This document shows positions 60,461 to 64,000 of a stretch of DNA of 64,000 nucleotides, in pieces. Positions within the stretch are counted from its first letter, which is position 1. Each line of letters starts with the position of its first letter. Source of the DNA: Accumulibacter sp. (GTDB taxonomy: Bacteria; Pseudomonadota; Gammaproteobacteria; Burkholderiales; Rhodocyclaceae); the NCBI RefSeq assembly GCF_032229525.1, contig NZ_JAVTWB010000049.1:2315-66314 (forward strand), read 5' to 3'. Below the pieces are notes generated by a model that worked only from the letters and a program-made list of their open reading frames with translations, did not search any database and had not been told where the DNA came from. Position numbers and translations under genes: made by a program.

Positions 60461-61051
60461 TCAGTTGGCGCCGGGCTTGAGGGTCGCCGGCTTGCCGGTC
60501 TGCGCTGCCGGATTCTCGCTCTTGCCGCGCGGCTGGATGATCGCGCGCACCCGCGCCTGTGCGGCACCCGTGGCGCTCTTGGTGGAGCCTGCGCCAGTGG
60601 TGACGACGTATTTTTCATTCAGCGCATCATAGGAGATGTAGGGGCCCTTGACCTCGTCGAGTCCGCTCTTGACCCAGGCACGATTGAAGAACTCGCTCTT
60701 CTCGCTGCGCGCATCGTACTCGATACGCTCGGCCTCGCCTTCGATGTAATCGTCCCGTCCCTCGCGCTTCTGCCGGAAGCGGGCGAGTCCGTTGGCGCCG
60801 CCGGTGGCCACGCCCTTCTGGAAACCATCGGCATCCTGCGTCACTACCAGGCGATCGGTGAGGATTCGCAGCGTGCCCTGGATGAGGACCACGTTACCCT
60901 CGAGAATCTGGACCTTCTTGACGTCATCAATGCTCATCCGGTCGGCTTCGAGGTTGATCGGTTTGTCGCTGTCGGCCCGCTCTGCCTGCGCCGGCATCGA
61001 GAGAGCGATCAGGAAGCTGCTCGCGCAGGCGCAAAAATACGTGTTTTTCAT
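60461..61051 (-). CDS. lptA: LPS transport periplasmic protein LptA
   Basis: Signal peptide, then ADSDKPINLEAD, EGNVVLIQGTL, ARFRQKR and RVRAIIQP. Confidence 0.92.
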   Translation of the reverse strand: MKNTYFCACASSFLIALSMPAQAERADSDKPINLEADRMSIDDVKKVQILEGNVVLIQGTLRILTDRLVVTQDADGFQKGVATGGANGLARFRQKREGRDDYIEGEAERIEYDARSEKSEFFNRAWVKSGLDEVKGPYISYDALNEKYVVTTGAGSTKSATGAAQARVRAIIQPRGKSENPAAQTGKPATLKPGAN

Positions 61052-61053
61052 GT

Positions 61054-61641
61054 CTAGCGTTTCTTCTTGGACGTGTGACTTTCAATTTGTCCGGTTACCG
61101 CGGACTCCAGTAGATAGGTCTGCAATTTATTATCGACCTGCATCCCGACCCCGCGGACCCAGGAGTCCCCTTGAGTGATCAGCACCGGGCTCTTGGTGAA
61201 CGCCCTTTCTTCGTTGGTCAGCACCGTCAGTTGGGGCGTTTCGAGCGACAAGGGTTGCTGTTTGGCGGTGGCCGCACGTTGCATTTCGACTTTTTCGCTC
61301 AAATCCACCCGTTCACCTTTCGGGCTCAGATGACCATGGACGGCGCTGATGGTGACCGGTGGCTTGCTCGGGTGCAAGTACACCAGTTTCGGGCTGTCCA
61401 TCTCAGTGGTGTCGTTATCGGGATAGTGACGAATCTCGTCCGCAAACAGGGTGTATTGCAGGTTTCCGGAGGGGCCGACCTTGCGTATGGTCGCGTCGGT
61501 AACGATGTAGTCCGGATCGTGGCGGTGTTTGCCGTCCCCGTGTGTTTCCGCCAAATCGGTAGCATAGCGCAGCCAGAAGGTCAGGGCAGCCAGAATCAGC
61601 AGAATGCTGATCGGCAGCGCCGCCGTGCTCCATTGTCTCAT
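61054..61641 (-). CDS. lptC: LPS export protein LptC
   Basis: One N-terminal TM, then HDPDYIV, HYPDND and beta-jellyroll repeats. The ATG at 61641 overlaps the stop of the kdsC remnant. Confidence 0.9.
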   Translation of the reverse strand: MRQWSTAALPISILLILAALTFWLRYATDLAETHGDGKHRHDPDYIVTDATIRKVGPSGNLQYTLFADEIRHYPDNDTTEMDSPKLVYLHPSKPPVTISAVHGHLSPKGERVDLSEKVEMQRAATAKQQPLSLETPQLTVLTNEERAFTKSPVLITQGDSWVRGVGMQVDNKLQTYLLESAVTGQIESHTSKKKR

Positions 61642-61946
61642 TGTCCGTCTACCGGTGGCAGAGACGCTGCCTGTGCAGCGGCGAGTTTGCCTTGCGTCTC
61701 GAGGTTGAATTCGCAGGCCTCGCGCACCGCAACCCGAGCGCCACCACGAACCGTGGTCAGTGAAGCATGTTGCTGTACCGAGGCATGACCATTCCGCGGG
61801 GTGGCGGAGAAAGCGCCGGCGTGCATCAGCGGCAGGTCGGGCACATCGTCGCCGATGTAAGCAGCGGCATCTGTGCTGAGAGAAAGCTCGGCCATCAAGC
61901 TTGGCCGGCGGACGCTGGCGTCTGCGTGATCGAGCGATGCTCCCAT
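61638..61946 (-). pseudogene. kdsC: KDO-8-phosphate phosphatase remnant with an internal deletion
   Basis: Only 102 aa. It keeps YIGDD.PDLP and AVRE.C, but lacks the N-terminal HAD nucleophile motif DVDGVLTDG. It occupies the canonical kdsC position between kdsD and lptC. Confidence 0.85.
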
Positions 61947-62929
61947 CAGATGACCTTCGCCTTGAAGAGGTCATGCATGTTGAGCGCACCGAGCAGAATC
62001 CCGCTCGGGTCGACCACCGGTAGCTGGTTTATCTTGTGCTGCTCCATCATCTCGACCGCTTCAACGGCGAGTCGGTCAGGGCCGATGGAGCGTGGCCCTC
62101 GCGTCATGATGTCGGCCGCGGAGAGTGTCCGCAAGTCCTGCCCCTTGGCGAAGGCGCGACGCAAGTCGCCGTCGGTGACGATGCCAATTACCTGGCGCTC
62201 TGACGTCACCACTGCGGTCATGCCAATACCACCCCGCGAGATTTCGAGAATCGCATCGGGCACGCTGGTCTCGGGAACGATTTCGGGAACCGCAGGCCCG
62301 GCGCGCATGACGTCGCGAACGTGCGTCAGCAGCCGACGCCCGATGGTGCCGCCGGGGTGAGAGCGCGCGAAATCCTCGGCGCCGAAACCGCGCGAGTCAA
62401 GCAGGGCGATCGCCAGCGCGTCGCCGAGAGCCAGAGCCGCGGTCGTACTGGCGGTTGGCGCAAGATTGAGCGGGCAGGCTTCCTGCGCGACAGCCGCGTC
62501 GAGGTGAACGTCCGACTCGATGGCCAGTGACGATTGCGGTTTGCCGGTGATGCTGATCAGCTTGGCGCCCTGCCGCTTGATAATTGGCACGATGGTCAGC
62601 AGTTCGGCGCTCTCGCCGGAATTGGACAGCGCAATCAGCACGTCATCGCGGGTGATCATACCCAGGTCGCCATGGGTGGCTTCTCCCGGGTGCACGAAAT
62701 ACGCCGGCGTACCGGTACTCGCCAAGGTCGAGGCGATCTTGCGCCCGACGTGGCCGGATTTCCCCATCCCGCTGACGATAACCCGGCCCTGGCAGTTGAG
62801 AATCAATGCCAAGGCTTGCAGAAAAGCACCGTCGATCCGATCAACCAGCGCCAGAACGGCATCGCCTTCGATGCGCAGGACCTGGCGGGCAAGGTCGAGC
62901 GCCTTTGCCGATGGCATTATTTGGTGCAT
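61946..62929 (-). CDS. kdsD: Arabinose-5-phosphate isomerase (KpsF/GutQ)
   Basis: SGMGKSGHVG, ASTGTP, HGDLG, SNSGES, EACPLNLAPT.ST and HPGG, followed by a CBS pair. Confidence 0.95.
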   Translation of the reverse strand: MHQIMPSAKALDLARQVLRIEGDAVLALVDRIDGAFLQALALILNCQGRVIVSGMGKSGHVGRKIASTLASTGTPAYFVHPGEATHGDLGMITRDDVLIALSNSGESAELLTIVPIIKRQGAKLISITGKPQSSLAIESDVHLDAAVAQEACPLNLAPTASTTAALALGDALAIALLDSRGFGAEDFARSHPGGTIGRRLLTHVRDVMRAGPAVPEIVPETSVPDAILEISRGGIGMTAVVTSERQVIGIVTDGDLRRAFAKGQDLRTLSAADIMTRGPRSIGPDRLAVEAVEMMEQHKINQLPVVDPSGILLGALNMHDLFKAKVI

Positions 62930-63038
62930 TGGAAGGCAGCGGTTATCATCCGCCGAGTATAGCAGAAGCCCATAGCGCTGATAGCGCGCAGCCGCTCGCG
63001 ACTTGACCACAAGGTCGCTACAAGAACCCAAGGGACAG

Positions 63039-64000
63039 ATGGACACACTGCCAACGATTGTGATGCTGCTCGGTGCCTCGGTGGTCGCCGTGATCATCTT
63101 CCGCTCGCTCAATCTGCCACCGGTGCTCGGCTATCTGCTGGTCGGCGCGCTGATTGGCCCGCACGCCCTCAATCTGGTCGGCGGCTTTGCCGGCGCTCAG
63201 CATCTGGCAGAGTTTGGTGTCGTCTTCCTGATGTTCTCGATCGGGCTGGAGTTTTCTCTACCCAAGCTGTACGCCATGAAGCGCATTGTTTTTGGCCTCG
63301 GCCTGCTGCAGGTCGGGGCGACCATCGCGGTGGTGACCGGGATCGTTACCGCGTGGGGGATGAGTTGGCAGGAAGGCGTCGCACTCGGTGGCGTGTTGGC
63401 GATGTCATCTACCGCGGTGCTCACCAAGTTGCTGACCGAGCGTCTCGAACTCGACAAAGCGCATGGCCGTGAGGTGATGGGCGTGTTGCTGTTTCAGGAT
63501 ATCGCGGTGGTGCCGCTGCTGATCCTGATTCCATCGTTTTCGGAATCGCCGGAGCGGATGGCCACCATGATGGGGTTGGCCATGCTCAAGGCAGTCCTGG
63601 TGCTGTCGGTGGTGCTGTTCTTCGGCCAACGCCTGATGAACCGCTGGTTCTTCATCGTGGCCAGGGGAAAGTCAGCCGAGCTGTTCATGCTCAACGTCCT
63701 GCTGATTACCCTGGGCCTGGCCTATGTGACCGAGATTTCCGGCCTGTCACTGGCCCTGGGCGCATTTGTCGCCGGCATCCTGATCTCCGAAACCCAGTAT
63801 CGGCATCACGTCGAAGAAGATATCAAGCCCTTTCGGGATGTCCTGATGGGGCTGTTTTTCGTCACCATCGGGATGATGCTCGACGTGCCGCTGGTGCTCA
63901 CCCACGCACCGCTCGTGCTGGGTGTGCTGGGCGCGCTGCTGGCGGTCAAGTTTGCCCTGATTCTTGGCCTGTCGCGCCTGTTCGGATCGACCTTCGGTGG
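63039..64000 (+). CDS. Monovalent cation:proton antiporter-2 (Kef/CPA2) family, runs off the window edge
   Basis: Not in the ORF track. The ATG at 63039 gives MDTLPTIVMLLGASVVAV..PPVLGYLLVG..GP, AEFGVVFLMFSIGLEFS, MSSTA, FQDI, LGAFVAG and PFRDVLMGLFFV. Confidence 0.92.
   Translation, partial: MDTLPTIVMLLGASVVAVIIFRSLNLPPVLGYLLVGALIGPHALNLVGGFAGAQHLAEFGVVFLMFSIGLEFSLPKLYAMKRIVFGLGLLQVGATIAVVTGIVTAWGMSWQEGVALGGVLAMSSTAVLTKLLTERLELDKAHGREVMGVLLFQDIAVVPLLILIPSFSESPERMATMMGLAMLKAVLVLSVVLFFGQRLMNRWFFIVARGKSAELFMLNVLLITLGLAYVTEISGLSLALGAFVAGILISETQYRHHVEEDIKPFRDVLMGLFFVTIGMMLDVPLVLTHAPLVLGVLGALLAVKFALILGLSRLFGSTFG

Overview
This is a high-GC betaproteobacterial chromosome segment. Gene content and protein style suggest Rhodocyclaceae, possibly Ca. 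Accumulibacter-like; this is inference only. Left part: an NtrC/sigma54-controlled ammonium transporter (partial), mltA, a DUF815 ATPase, a Nudix-ThiE fusion, a glk-glgP-glgB-glgX glycogen operon ending in a secreted VCBS-type protein, an FAD-linked oxidase, a degenerate EAL-HDOD protein, a LysR-regulated ior + leucine dehydrogenase pair, and an AT-richer CheY-CheC-PAS/GGDEF cassette with no kinase. A decayed yffB/hslO chimeric scar (24.1-25.1 kb) precedes a ~25 kb surface-polysaccharide locus with two modules. Module 1 (25.3-36.1 kb) has wbpB, wbpD, a short GlpD-like flavoprotein, wbpE, a polyprenol-phosphate-type GT2, a Wzx-like flippase, an Ntn-glutaminase::WbuX-type amidotransferase fusion and a large GT-C-like membrane protein. 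It looks like a self-contained GtrABC/Arn-style system that delivers a modified 2,3-diamino-uronic acid to an unknown acceptor, and is the best candidate for an undescribed system here. Module 2 (36.2-50.2 kb) is a Wzx/Wzy pathway with wbuXYZ, fnlABC, wbuB, a wbpV-like gene and wbpM. Right part: metG, hrpA, EI24 and CinA-like genes, tandem phasins behind a near-consensus promoter flanked by PhaR-type operators, kdsD-(internally deleted kdsC)-lptC-lptA with no adjacent lptB, and a partial CPA2 antiporter. No rRNA, tRNA, CRISPR array or transposase was recognised. All family assignments come from motif recognition by eye; no database searches were run.
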